Assembly: GCF_000142905.1 (NCBI RefSeq) | Contig: NW_013657633.1 | Span: 1 to 44,068, forward strand | Direction: 5' to 3' | Source: Thecamonas trahens ATCC 50062 | Lineage: Eukaryota > Protista > Apusomonadida | DNA length: 44,068 bases | Part shown: positions 31,701 through 42,261 of the stretch, piece after piece | Position numbering within the stretch: position 1 is the stretch's first letter | How the letters are laid out: every line of letters starts with the position of its first letter | The notes under the pieces: model-generated | Seen by the model: only the letters and a program-made list of their open reading frames with translations | What the model was told of the DNA's origin: nothing | The model's database searches: none | Translations under genes and position numbers: made by a program

Positions 31701-33513
31701 CGGTACCGGCTTTCCCATCGACGGCGTCTGCGTGCTCTGCCCAAGCAACACCATCCGGGTCGCGGCCACCAACGCCTCGGCATCGTCAGCTCCGCCGTGC
31801 GTCTGCGCGCGCGGATTCTGGAACGCCGCCAACGCCGCCAATACGCCGTGTGAGGCCTGCCCGCGCGGCGCCATCTGCCCAGGTGGCACGGGCCCTTCTG
31901 CTTCCCCCTATGCTCGCCCAGGCTTTTACCGAGTTGCGTCTGGGGCATTTGCCGAGTGTGTGGTGGCCGACGCCTGCATCGGCTCGTCGATCTGTGGCCC
32001 AAACTACGCACCTGACTCGCTGCTGTGCAAGGACTGTGCCACTGGCGCGTATCGGCAGCAGGACGGATCATGCAAGTCCTGTCCTAACGCGGCCAGCTCG
32101 CTCATTGCACTCCTTGCTGCCGCTGTAGCACTGGCCGCAGTCGCCGCTGCAGTCTGTGGCGTCCTCGCCGTACGCCGCTTTAGCAACCGCGCTTCCGGCT
32201 CCGGAGACGACCAGGCCAAGTCCGGGCTCCGCACCCCGCACTCTCTCTCACTAGCCATTATCTTTTTGCAGGTCCTGGGCATCCTTGCTCGTGCTCCGCT
32301 CAACTGGCCTCAGCCGCCGGTCAAGCAAGTGCTCGAGGCCGCCAACGTGGCCAACATCGACATCACCTTCTTTGCTGCCGACTGTTCGGTTCCCTCGTTT
32401 GCCATCCGCTACGTCATGGCCATGCTCTTTCCGCTCGTCTTTGCCCTCATCTTGCTCGCCCTCCTGCTTATGGCACGCGCGCGGCTCCGCGCCGCTCAGG
32501 TGAGCATCGGCGACGTCGCCGCCTGGGCAACATCTTCGTTTGGCCCACTCGTGTACATCCCGCTCTCGCGCGCCGCGCTCATTTTCTTTGACTGCTCGCG
32601 CTATCCCAACGGCCGATGGTACCTCGATGCCGAGCCGAGCCTCGAGTGCTTTGCCACCACGTGGCTCGCCACGCTGCCGTTGGCGCTGGTCGGTGTGGGC
32701 GTCTACGTCGTCGCTCTCCCAGCATTCTACTCGGTCGCTCTACACAAGTGGCGCCACGCACTGGCGTCGCCGCTGGTCCAGCTCCGGTACGGATCGCTGT
32801 ACTCGGTCTTTCGCCATCGCCACTACTACGCCGGCGTCCCAGTCATGATCAAGCGGCTGCTCATTGTAGTCTTTTCTGTCTTTGCCTCGAACGCCCAGTC
32901 GGTTCTCTTCTCGGGTCTCCTCGCCGTCTTTATTACCTCGATGCTGTTGCTTTCCAAGCACGCCCCGTACCGCTACCATCTACTCAACACCATCGAGATC
33001 ACCCTCGACTGCTGCATCGTTGCCCTGCTCGTGGGCGGCCTCCTGTTCTGGATCGACGAGTTCCCCAACACTGCCACCTTTGTCATTTTCGTCGTCATCG
33101 TCCTCGCAGTCATCGCCTTTGCGCTTCTCACCCTCGCCATCGGCTTCCTTCGCGAGTTGCACCACAACGCGACCGTGCCATCCCGCATCCAACCGGACCT
33201 CGCCGACAGCGACGCCGATCTACTTGCCATTGTCTCCGGTCGGCTCTCCAAGCTATCGTCCGAGGCGCGGAGCCAGCTGCTTACCGCCATCGGCGCCTCT
33301 GTTGCCTCTGCCACTGACGAGCACTCCAGCACCACCTCTGTCGCCCTGCATCTCGAGCCGCTGCCCACATCGTCTTCATCGACCGGCCCCACCTCACCTC
33401 ACCTCAGCGCCAGCAGTGCCGACGACACGAGCCCGCCTCCGTCACGACGCGCCGTCCTCGCTCGACGCAGCCAGCGCCGTCCGAAGACCATCACCCGCAA
33501 CACGCAATCATAA
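28545..33513 (+). CDS. Large surface protein: FG-GAP/VCBS repeats, Pmp-like parallel beta-helix (GGAI/FxxN), Cys-rich repeats and multi-pass TM region; 5' end missing, apparent +1 frameshift near 28960
   Basis: FG-GAP-like motifs DLDSDASPEL and DLDHNGLVDIV lie in the 28410 frame, then DLNHDIVPDV, DFDSDGHIDV, DANADGAVDL and DLSGNGAPDI in the 28342 frame. Also GGAV/GGAI/FxxN repeats and CxxCPxG repeats. The TM block resembles that of the 2297..6144 protein (e.g. the CF/CY loop and RYG/RFG motif). Confidence 0.78.
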
Positions 33514-33678
33514 AGTCCACCTCCATATTTCCGCTCCCGCCACTCTGCCCAACCAACCAGCTGACCAACAAATCGAGTCGGGCAAAGCCAGACTGACCAC
33601 CTCACCGCGTGGCCCACCCCCTCCCCCCCCCCCCCCCCCCCCCCCTCCACACACATACGCACACGCCCACACACGCCC

Positions 33679-34647
33679 ATGCTCCTACGGAGGCTCTCGA
33701 CACCCGACGGCGGCGAGAAAGAGAGCGGAGATGAGGAAGCGAATCATGCTCACAGTCCACTGCACTCTCCGCGCCCTCCGTCGGCATCCCCCTCGTGGCA
33801 GCGCGGGTTGAGGCGAACGCTCGCTGTCTTTGCCTGCCATCTCTGTATCGTCTACCTCCACTCGCTGCTGCTGGCCATGAACGAAGCGCGGCCGGCGTGC
33901 GCGACGACGCCTCCGCTCGCCGACTGGATCCACCAGCCGCCGATACCTGTGCTGGCTAGCCTCACCGCCCCTCTCTACCGCCACATCGATCCGGACAAGC
34001 TGCTGATGCTCATGACCTGGGTGGTGATCGCTGTCTTTGTCGTCCACCCGGATCGGTTTCTCCTCCTCCGTCGGCTGCTTGTTCTCCATGCCACACTCTC
34101 GCTCATCCGCGGCGTTCTCATCTCGCTCACCACGCTCCCATCGCCGCATCCCGGTTGCCGCGGTCGGGTGGTCGACGACAGCTTTGCCCGCGCCGCAGAG
34201 CGCGCCGCCGCGCTCACGCTGCGCATCATGGAGATCCCGCCGCAGCTGCTCGGCCTGCGCTATGGGTACGAGCAGACATGCTGCGATCTCATCATTTCCG
34301 GCCACACCTGCGTGCTCTCGGCCAACGTTATGGTTCTCGACACCGCGCTCTCGGCCCGCTGGCTCCGCCCGGTCCTCGCTGGTGCCACCGCACTCATCGC
34401 CCTGCTCCTCATCTACCCGACCCGCCACTACTCTATCGACGTTATTATCACCCTCTATCTGGCCGCCTCTCTCGTCTTTATCTACATCACCCTCGCCGCC
34501 AAGGTCCGCACATGCGTCCGCCGTGGCGCGCACTGTCGCTGCGGGCCCTGGATCCATGCTGCGCTGAGCTTCCTGGAGCAGCCCGAGGTCTTTGCCACGC
34601 CGCCGGCCAGGCTCCGATTGAGCCTTCCGCGGCAGCTCCGGCTGTGA
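33679..34647 (+). CDS. Sphingomyelin synthase / phosphosphingolipid synthase family protein (PAP2_C), no SAM domain
   Basis: Motifs PPLAD, RGVLISLTTLPSP..C, CCDLIISGHT and HYSIDV, i.e. SMS D1-D4 with the H-H-D triad. About 6 TM segments. Confidence 0.88.
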   Translation: MLLRRLSTPDGGEKESGDEEANHAHSPLHSPRPPSASPSWQRGLRRTLAVFACHLCIVYLHSLLLAMNEARPACATTPPLADWIHQPPIPVLASLTAPLYRHIDPDKLLMLMTWVVIAVFVVHPDRFLLLRRLLVLHATLSLIRGVLISLTTLPSPHPGCRGRVVDDSFARAAERAAALTLRIMEIPPQLLGLRYGYEQTCCDLIISGHTCVLSANVMVLDTALSARWLRPVLAGATALIALLLIYPTRHYSIDVIITLYLAASLVFIYITLAAKVRTCVRRGAHCRCGPWIHAALSFLEQPEVFATPPARLRLSLPRQLRL

Positions 34648-34651
34648 CCGC

Positions 34652-36367
34652 TCACGGCGTCACAACGTCGACTGCCGCCAGAGCCCCGTCGTCGGCATCA
34701 AACACCGCACGGATCCGTGTCTCGTCGAGCCCAGAGGCACACGACCCGGGGCTCGCCTCACCGGCCATCCGGACCTGGAGCACAGCGCGGGCCGATGGCA
34801 CGCCGGCCTCGTCGTCGCCCGTGAGCTCGAGGAGGAGCTCCGCCGATGCGGGGCGGACGCACCGGACCGTGACCGACGGCGGCGCCGCAGCGGTGAGCAC
34901 AAACCGGAGGAGTGCAAAGCAGTGGCTCAGCTCGACACGCGCGCCCTGCAGCGGGACAACAAGCGCCGGCAGAGCGTACATGTGCGAGACAAAGGCGGTA
35001 AAGTCACCGGCAGCTAGAGCCTCGCGCATCCGCCACATCAGCGATCGCTCCATGCGGAGGCCGACGCCGGCGAGGTATGCGGTGAGCGACTTGCGAGCAA
35101 AGGCGTTGGGCGGCGCCACCGCAGCAAGTCCGCGTCGCGGCTGGAGGAACCGACCGTCGACAAGCGCCGCGGTCACGGCCGCGTTGGCCGCCCCGGCCTC
35201 GCTGAACCACGCCCCGTTGAGCACATACTCGGCCGGATGATGTTTGGCAAAGAGCGCGTCGAGGAGCGGCTCGCCGACGTCCTCGGCCCAGAACGGGAGC
35301 AGCGCCGACCGCGACAGCGCACGGCTCAGATCGTACGGGTTGAGCACCGGCGCGCCGGCGCCCCAGTGCACTCCGCCGTACCGCGCCTCGACCGTTGCTT
35401 CCAGGTCCATCGTCTGCGCCTGCGCGTCGGTGAGCGAGACGTGTGCGAGTGTGTCGAGCCCGTTCGGGTGCGCCCGCAACTCGTCCCACGTCACCCCAAA
35501 CGCCGATGCCAGCTGCGGCGCCTCGGTCCAGTCGCTCATCCACTCGGTCAGCCCGAGCCGCTGCAGTGCCGACCGGTCGGCGCCCATGGCCAGTACCAGC
35601 TTGAGCGCCGGTGCGTCGGCGACAAGGCACCGCATTGTCTCAAAGAGCGTGCACATCTGCTTGGGCGTGAGCGCACGCGTGTCGGCGTCGTCGATGACAA
35701 CGGCGGTGGCATGCGACGCTCGCAGCGCGTCCTTCAGCACCGCCATCTCGGTCGGCCACGGAATGTCTGCCCCTAGCCGCCAGACCAGGACGGCGCCAGG
35801 CGGCTCGTCACTGTCGCCGGCCCCACTGCTGCCGCCGACTCCCGCCACCGCGCGTGCCAACGTCGTCTTGCCCCAGCCCTGCGGGCGAATGACATAGCCA
35901 GCCCCGCGCATCGACAGCAGCGCCTTTGCGTGGGCCGACTTGTCGATCACAAACCCATCGGCTGCGGTCGCAGCCGCCGGTGGCTCCCACGGCGTGTAGC
36001 CGGTCGACTGGACACGGATCGACGCCTGCGCTGGTGCCGCATCTCCGCCCGATCTTCCGCCTGGGCTTCTGCTGGAGCTCTCCACGCCATTCGCCCACGT
36101 CATTCGGATGACCTTCTTCCTCGCCGCCGCCATGCATCGGAACACTTGGCCCTTGCCGCGCTCCTCGGCCTCCCACAGTTCGGCCGAGCTGACCCCTCCC
36201 GCTACCGGATCCGCCTCTCTTCCAACAGTAGCGCCATCGGAGCGAAGACCGCTGCTCTGCTGGCCGTCAGCAGCCACTCGTCGTGCCGCCCGTAGCCCTC
36301 CCAGTCGCTCACGAAGGAGATGCGAGGCAGCACGGAGCCAGCCGCTGACGCCTGCCGGACGCGTCAT
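34652..36367 (-). CDS. Divergent AAA-ATPase-like (PF09820-type) protein with a degenerate C-terminal PD-(D/E)XK-like region
   Basis: FVIDKS...IRPQGWGKTT resembles YVDKT...RPRRFGKS. VVIDDAD resembles LIDEYD. YGGVHW...VLNPYD...PFW resembles YDGY.F...YNP...YW. PPNAFAR resembles IPNxEVR. ATG at 36367. Confidence 0.7.
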   Translation of the reverse strand: MTRPAGVSGWLRAASHLLRERLGGLRAARRVAADGQQSSGLRSDGATVGREADPVAGGVSSAELWEAEERGKGQVFRCMAAARKKVIRMTWANGVESSSRSPGGRSGGDAAPAQASIRVQSTGYTPWEPPAAATAADGFVIDKSAHAKALLSMRGAGYVIRPQGWGKTTLARAVAGVGGSSGAGDSDEPPGAVLVWRLGADIPWPTEMAVLKDALRASHATAVVIDDADTRALTPKQMCTLFETMRCLVADAPALKLVLAMGADRSALQRLGLTEWMSDWTEAPQLASAFGVTWDELRAHPNGLDTLAHVSLTDAQAQTMDLEATVEARYGGVHWGAGAPVLNPYDLSRALSRSALLPFWAEDVGEPLLDALFAKHHPAEYVLNGAWFSEAGAANAAVTAALVDGRFLQPRRGLAAVAPPNAFARKSLTAYLAGVGLRMERSLMWRMREALAAGDFTAFVSHMYALPALVVPLQGARVELSHCFALLRFVLTAAAPPSVTVRCVRPASAELLLELTGDDEAGVPSARAVLQVRMAGEASPGSCASGLDETRIRAVFDADDGALAAVDVVTP

Positions 36368-36716
36368 GGGCCGAGGGGATGGAGATGGAGGTGGAGGTGG
36401 CGATAGGGATAGGGGTGAAGATGGGCCAAAGTGGGTATGGGTGGTTGTGGTGGGTGTGGTGTGGTGGAGGTTCGGAGGGGGGAGGGTGGTTGGGGATGGC
36501 GTAGGGGAGAACGCAAGCAGCCGAGTCAAGTGGTGGCTCTGCTGGCGTTTGGCGGTCGACAACCGACTCGTGCCCGTCTCCCCTCGCTCACCACCCACCG
36601 GCCGCTACTCGTCACCCGCCGCCATCAATAACCTCTTGTTCAGTTAATCGTGGTGCCAACTCCCCCAACCCCCGGACCACCCCACTCTCCGCCGCCCTCC
36701 CCACACACACACACAC

Positions 36717-38784
36717 ATGGCAGTGGCCGTGGTGGTCCAGGACGACTCTGGCACCACACTGTTTACAGTGACGTACGCTACCGCCCCTACCCCCTACCCC
36801 CTACCCCCTCCCCCCCCACCCCCCCCCCCCTCCCCACACTCACCCCCATCCATACAGACGACCTGGGCTCGAACACCGACATGCGGTGGCACTCGGCGAG
36901 GACTTTGGACGGACCATGGGAACAATGCGGGCAGAGGAGTTTGCCAATGGCCTCAAGGCGAGCCAGCCTAATTTTCGGGCAGGTCAAATGGATCTTTTCC
37001 CTGACCATCGTGCCGACTATCTCCTTGTTCATCGCGTCTATGCTGTGGTCATCTCGCAGACGACAGACAATGTCTTTGCCGCATCGCGCCTGTTGGCAGA
37101 CTCGGCTGCCTTGCTCAAAGCCGTGTGCAAGTCGGATCAGGTCACGCCTGCCGATCTCCGCCGTCGCTACGCTGTTGTCCATCTTGCTCTTGTCGAGCTG
37201 CTGGCAGACTCACCGCTGGTGCCGGCGGTCGAGGCGGCGGCGGGCTCGTCCAAGGCGCTGGGGAGCTTGTTCGACGAAGACGACGTGGCCAAGCTGGCCG
37301 CCAGTGTTGACGATGCGGCATCCGATGCCGCTCGCGTCGTCCACAACGACTGGGCCGCCGCGCTCCCTGCCGCGCTCCTCCACTCTGCCAACGTGGACGC
37401 GGCCAAGCGGCTGCACATTACGCTGCCGACTTCAGTTGCCGCTGCCGCTGCCTCGCCCGAGCGCCATCGCTCGCGGTTCGACGCTTTTGGCCCCTCGTTT
37501 GCTCCACCCATGCCTGCCGCCTCGCCGCTAGAGACACCCAAGGTCAAGGTCGCGTCCGCCTCGACTCTCTTTCTCCACCGCCCCGGCGCGCTCCTCTCCC
37601 CGTCACTTGCTCGGACGGCGGATGCCTCGCCGCCTGGTGCCCGCCAGCTCGCCGAGGCCACCGCAGTAGCCGCCGCTGCCATCCCGCAGCGGGCACCGCC
37701 GCCCGACGCCCACGCCCCGCCGCTAGTCCCGCTCCCGACCACCGCTCAAACGACCTCGGGCTCGCACTCAGACCTCGGCTCCGACTCGGACCCGGGCTCC
37801 AACTCAGCCGTGCCGCCGCCGCAGCCACGGTTCGAGCTTCCGCCGGGCGTCGGGTTTTCGCTCGCGCCGGCGCCGCTGCCCCACTCGACCTCACCGGATG
37901 AGCCCGAGACGGCTTCGCCAGATAGCGATTGTGACGACAACGCCTCGTCGCGGGGCCCGCTCCGGTTCCAGTCGGGCGACACTGAGGTCGGCCTCGACAC
38001 CGACTCGGGATGGTCGTCCGACGGTGAGGCGGCGCCGGTCCTGGCGTTGGCAGTTGACGAGGTTGTCCACGCCAAGTGGGCCGGGTCCGGCGACGAGCCG
38101 GCCAAGGTCATGCTTGTGGGCGAGCTCTCGCTGACGGCAACGGCTGGACCAGGCAAGGGACCTGTCTTGCTCGCCGGCCTTCGCGTCGCCTTTCCGTCGC
38201 CCGCCGCCGAGCTGCTGGGCCGGATCCTGCCGAACCCCAAGGCGCTGGTGGCCGAGGAAGGAAGCCAGTCCGCCTTTGTCGTGCCAGCCGGCACCACAGT
38301 CGCGCCTGACACCCGTGTCGTTCTCCTCAAATACCAGGTGGCGGCAGGGCCAGCTGCCGCGGCGCTCCCGCTTGGCCTCAAGGTCTCTGCCCGGATGCTC
38401 GATGCCAGCCACGGCGCCGCCATCCTCAGCTACACCACGCCGGCGCTCGGCACGGCTAGACTCGCGTCGTGCAGCTTTAAGCTCTCGGCGTCGGCACCCA
38501 TGGTCGCGCCGCAGTCCAAGCCGGCGCCGACGACGACGACCGCTGCGACGCTGCAGTACGAGCTCCCGGTCCCGCCACCGCCCGGCACCGCGGCGCGGAT
38601 TCTGGTCAAGTTTGGCTGTGACAAGCTGCCGGGCCTCAACTTTAGCGCAGCGTTTACCACCGACGGGGTCGGCCCGCTCGCACAAGGCTTTGCAATCGAC
38701 GTCCGACTGCCACCCGGTGCCGATGGCAACCGGGAAGTGGCTTGGCGGGGCGAGGCCGGCAAGTACTTGGCGGCGCTCGGGTGA
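36717..38784 (+). CDS. TCUP: TSET complex medium subunit TCUP (plant TML orthologue), join(36717..36772,36858..38784)
   Basis: A phase-2 intron GTACGC...ACTCAC...CAG splices in frame. The longin-like N-terminus LVHRVYAVVIS..DNVF...AVCKSDQVTPADLRRRYAVVHLAL parallels TML NVF...ACRGVEVTPEKLGRKYAEVYMAL. A Pro/Ser linker precedes a C-terminal muniscin-type mu-homology domain (EVVHAKW...VMLVGEL...LLKYQV...SKP). Confidence 0.8.
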
Positions 38785-38801
38785 GAAGCTGGTAGACTCA
38801 A

Positions 38802-41800
38802 TCAGCGCTTCTTGGTCGGGCGGTCAAAGTCGAACGGATCTGGCTCGGCGCGGGCGCGCTTGCGCGAGATGGTGTCGTCGTCCTCGCCGTCGCCAACAGC
38901 AAGGATGTTTGCCAGCGACGAGTTTGCGTCGTCGTCGTCGTCGTCGTCCGAGAGCGGGAGGACAGGCTTGGGCGCCTTCTTCCCGTCCGACTTGCCGCCC
39001 TTGTACACGGCTTTTGTGGTCGCGGCAGTGGTGTACGGCAGGGCGAGGGATGCGGCGCGCTTCTTGTAGGCGCGGGTAAAGGCGGCTTTGGTCTTGCCAG
39101 AGATGGACGAGGTGGTAGCCTTGAGCTTCGGCGAGCGAGCGGCGAGCTCCATGATGTTCGACCAGTCGTCGCGAGTAAGATAGTAGTAGGCCATGCGCTC
39201 GATCATGGCGTCGACGCCGGTCTCGTGGGCGAGCGGGAGGGCGAGGAGCGAGGCGAGAGTAGGCAGGTAGTCGCAGACGACGGCATCGGGCGAGGCCGAG
39301 ATGCGGAGGCGCATGTGGATGGTGAGCTCACGGTTGAGGCGCGAGAGGCGAGTGGCCTTGGAGTACTTGCCAAGCCAGGCGGAGAAGGCAGGGCGATGCA
39401 TGTGTCCATGCATGTAAAAGCCCGGTACGGCGCAGGAGAGGACGGCGTGGATGGGCATGTACTTCCACGACTGGACCGAGCGGGCGCGGGTCTCGAGGAT
39501 GTCTGCGTAGGCGATGGCGTCGGCAGAGCGCTTCATCATGTCGCAGGTCCGGATCGGGTTGCCCGGCTGGGCCTGGAACGGGCGGGTTGACAGGTAGTTC
39601 TCCTGGACAAGGAGCGGGACGAGCGACGGGTCGCCAAAGTACGCGTTGAGGCAGCCCATGGCGCCGAGCGCTCGAAAGTTGTCGCCCTTGAGAAAGTCCT
39701 CCATGAGCTGGAACGGGCCGCGGTCGATGTTCTTCCCGCCTGTGGCGAGCGTCTTTTGCACCGTCTCGTAGTTGACAATCTGGGCGTCGACAGCCCACAT
39801 CTGCATGAGATTGAGGATCTGCCGGATGTCGGCGCCGGTCTGCGCAACGAGCGAGTCGACGGCGGCCGGCTCGAGGGCGAGGCCCTCGGCGGCGGCGATG
39901 GAGACGACCCGGTGCTTGATCTGCGCCGCGGTCGGGCGCTGGAACGGGAGCAGGTACGTGTGGTTCTTGAACGTCCGCATCTTGGGCGACGCCGCGTCGT
40001 TGCACATGCAGATGATGGGAACCTTGGTGGTCTTGATGATGGCGGCCAGCTCGGCGAGGCCGCCACGGTCGCCGGACGACATACCGTCGACCTCGTCCAT
40101 GATGAGCACATGCTTCTTGGTCTCCCGTGCCGTGCTCGCACCGCCAAAGAACTGATGCATGGTCTTGTTCTCGGTGAGGCTCTTGACGTGCGCCCGGAGC
40201 GAGGTCTTCGACCGCGTGTCCGATGCGTTGAACTCGATCGGGTGGAAGCCGGCGGCACGGGCAACCAGCAGCGCGGCCGACGTCTTTCCGATGCCGGGTT
40301 GGCCCGAGAGGAGGACCGCCCGCGACTTGAGCGGAACAGGCTTACCGCTCGAGTTCTTGATCTTGACTGCCACGCCTGAGCGGAAGGCGGTGTGCCAGTT
40401 GGCCAGCCACAGCGAGAGGTTCTCGATCTTGGTCGTGTTGCCCACCAAGTCGCCCACCGTCTGCGGCGCGTACTTGACCGTCCATAGCTGGCTCGACGGA
40501 TCGACGGCAGCCTTGGCCGTGGCCGGGAGCGAGGTCGGGCGTGCAGCCGAGGTCGGGGCAGATGCCCGGCTCGCCAACGCCTGTGCCGCCTTGCTTGTCT
40601 TGGCCTTGGTCGTCTTGGACGGCGCGTACGCCTGCTCGGGCAAGGTGGGATACCAGGCAAAGAAGTCGTCCTCAGAGAGGATAGTCACGTTCTGCGCCTT
40701 GGCCTTCTTGAGCTTGGCCTCGCCGGGAGCCTCGCCGATGACCAGGTAGTGGAGCTTCTTGGTCACCGACTTGGCCGGCTTGCCGCCGTAGCGAAGGACA
40801 AGGTCGTGGAAGGCATTTCGCTCGAGGGCGCGCAGCTGGCCGGTGACGCAAATGTGCAAGCCCTGCATACAGTACGGTTTGCCCTTGGGAACGCCGGCCT
40901 TGTCCAGCACCACCGTCTCGTCAAATGACGCCGTCACGCCCACATCCGAGAACTTGGGCGCGCCCGCCGCCACCACATCAATCGTCGACTTGGGAGGCGG
41001 GAGCAGGTTCGGCGGCGCCGATTGGGTTGTCTTGGGCGCGGGTGGCTTGGCTGTGGGTGGCTTGAATGCCTGATGCTTGGCTGCTGTCGGCTTGGCTGTC
41101 TGAGGCTTGGTTGCTGCCGGCTTGGCTGTCTGAGGCTTGGTTGCTGCCGGCTTGGCTGTCTGAGGCTTGGCTGCTGCCGGCTTGGATGTCTGAGGCTTGG
41201 CTGCTGCCGGCTTGGGTGCAGGCTTGGCTGAAGATGGCAACGGCGATGGCGATGCTGATGACGCTTTCGGAGCGATGCGGACCGGCGGGCGTGCCTTACC
41301 TGTTGACGGTGGACGCGATGAGCCCGGGATGATGGGCGCTGATCTCGGCCCGACGGGAACGATAGAGATGGGCACAGCCTTCCGCTTTTGCTTGTTGGCG
41401 GACTTTGCCATAGGCGCAGTGGCAACAACCTTTGGCGGCGGAGCCATAAAGTCGTCATCGGAGGACGAGTCGAGGACGATGGGACGCCGGGAAGCGGTAG
41501 TCGGGGTAGCGGTGGCGGTGGCGGTGGCGGTGGCGATGGCGGTGTTCGGCGTGGCAGTAGGCTTGGGCTTGGGCTTGGGCTTGGACTGGGGTTTGGGCTT
41601 GGGCTTGCTCCCGCCTCCGCCCATGAATGAACGGATGTCCTGGTGGAGAGGGAGGGGGAGGGGATGGGGTGTGGGCGTGAGTGTGGGGGNNNNNNNNNNN
41701 NNNNNNNNNNNNNNNNNNNNNNNNNNNNNNNNNNNNNNNNNNNNNNNNNNNNNNNNNNNNNNNNNNNNNNNNNNNNNNNNNNNNNNNNNNNNNNNNNNNN

Positions 41801-42063
41801 NNNNNNNNNNNNNNNNNNNNNNNNNNNNNNNNNNNNNNNNNNNNNNNNNNNNNNNNNNNNNNNNNNNNNNNNNNNNNNNNNNNNNNNNNNNNNNNNNNNN
41901 NNNNNNNNNNNNNNNNNNNNNNNNNNNNNNNNNNNNNNNNNNNNNNNNNNNNNNNNNNNNNNNNNNTCCTGTGGTTGAATCTACCTTGTTGGGGCATGAC
42001 ATGGGGGTGGACGGGTGATGGGGGGGATGGGAGGAGGGGAGGGGGAAGGGGGGGGCGTACCAT
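38802..42063 (-). CDS. RFC1: Replication factor C subunit 1, join(42063..42061,41639..38802)
   Basis: ATG|GTACGC at 42063-42055 and CAG|GAC at 41640 give MDIRSFMG. BRCT domain (GLHICVTGQL...GGK...VTKKLHYLVIGEAPG). AAA+ motifs LWTVKYAP, GQPGIGKT, IEFNASDTRS and MDEVDGMSSGDRGG. RFC1 C-terminal domain present. Confidence 0.95.
41068..41230 (-). repeat. Coding 30-bp tandem repeat (KPAA[A/T]KPQT[A/S]) x ~5 in the RFC1 N-terminus
   Basis: TGAGGCTTGG[T/C]TGCTGCCGGCTTGG[C/A]TGTC repeats on the + strand. Confidence 0.92.
41690..41966. other. Assembly gap inside RFC1 intron 1
   Basis: N run. Confidence 1.
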
Positions 42064-42065
42064 GA

Positions 42066-42135
42066 TGGGTGGGTGGGTGGGTGGGTGGGTAAGTGGTGGG
42101 TGGTGGTGGTGGTGGTGGTGGTGGTGGTGGTGGTG
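42066..42135 (+). repeat. (GGGT)n/(GGT)n microsatellite upstream of the RFC1 start
   Basis: Directly visible. Confidence 0.85.
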
Positions 42136-42261
42136 TTTGGGGGGGAGGGGGGTGGAGTGCGAGTGTGTCGCGGGCTGGCTGTGGGTGAGTGGACGAGTCG
42201 GACGGGGGTGAGTGTGGGAGGGGGTGAAGCGGCTCGACGCGGCAGAGCAATTCATTATGGG

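Noticed and set aside
41068-41230. CRISPR-like regularly spaced repeats
   Set aside because: These are contiguous 30-bp coding repeats without unique spacers, inside eukaryotic RFC1.
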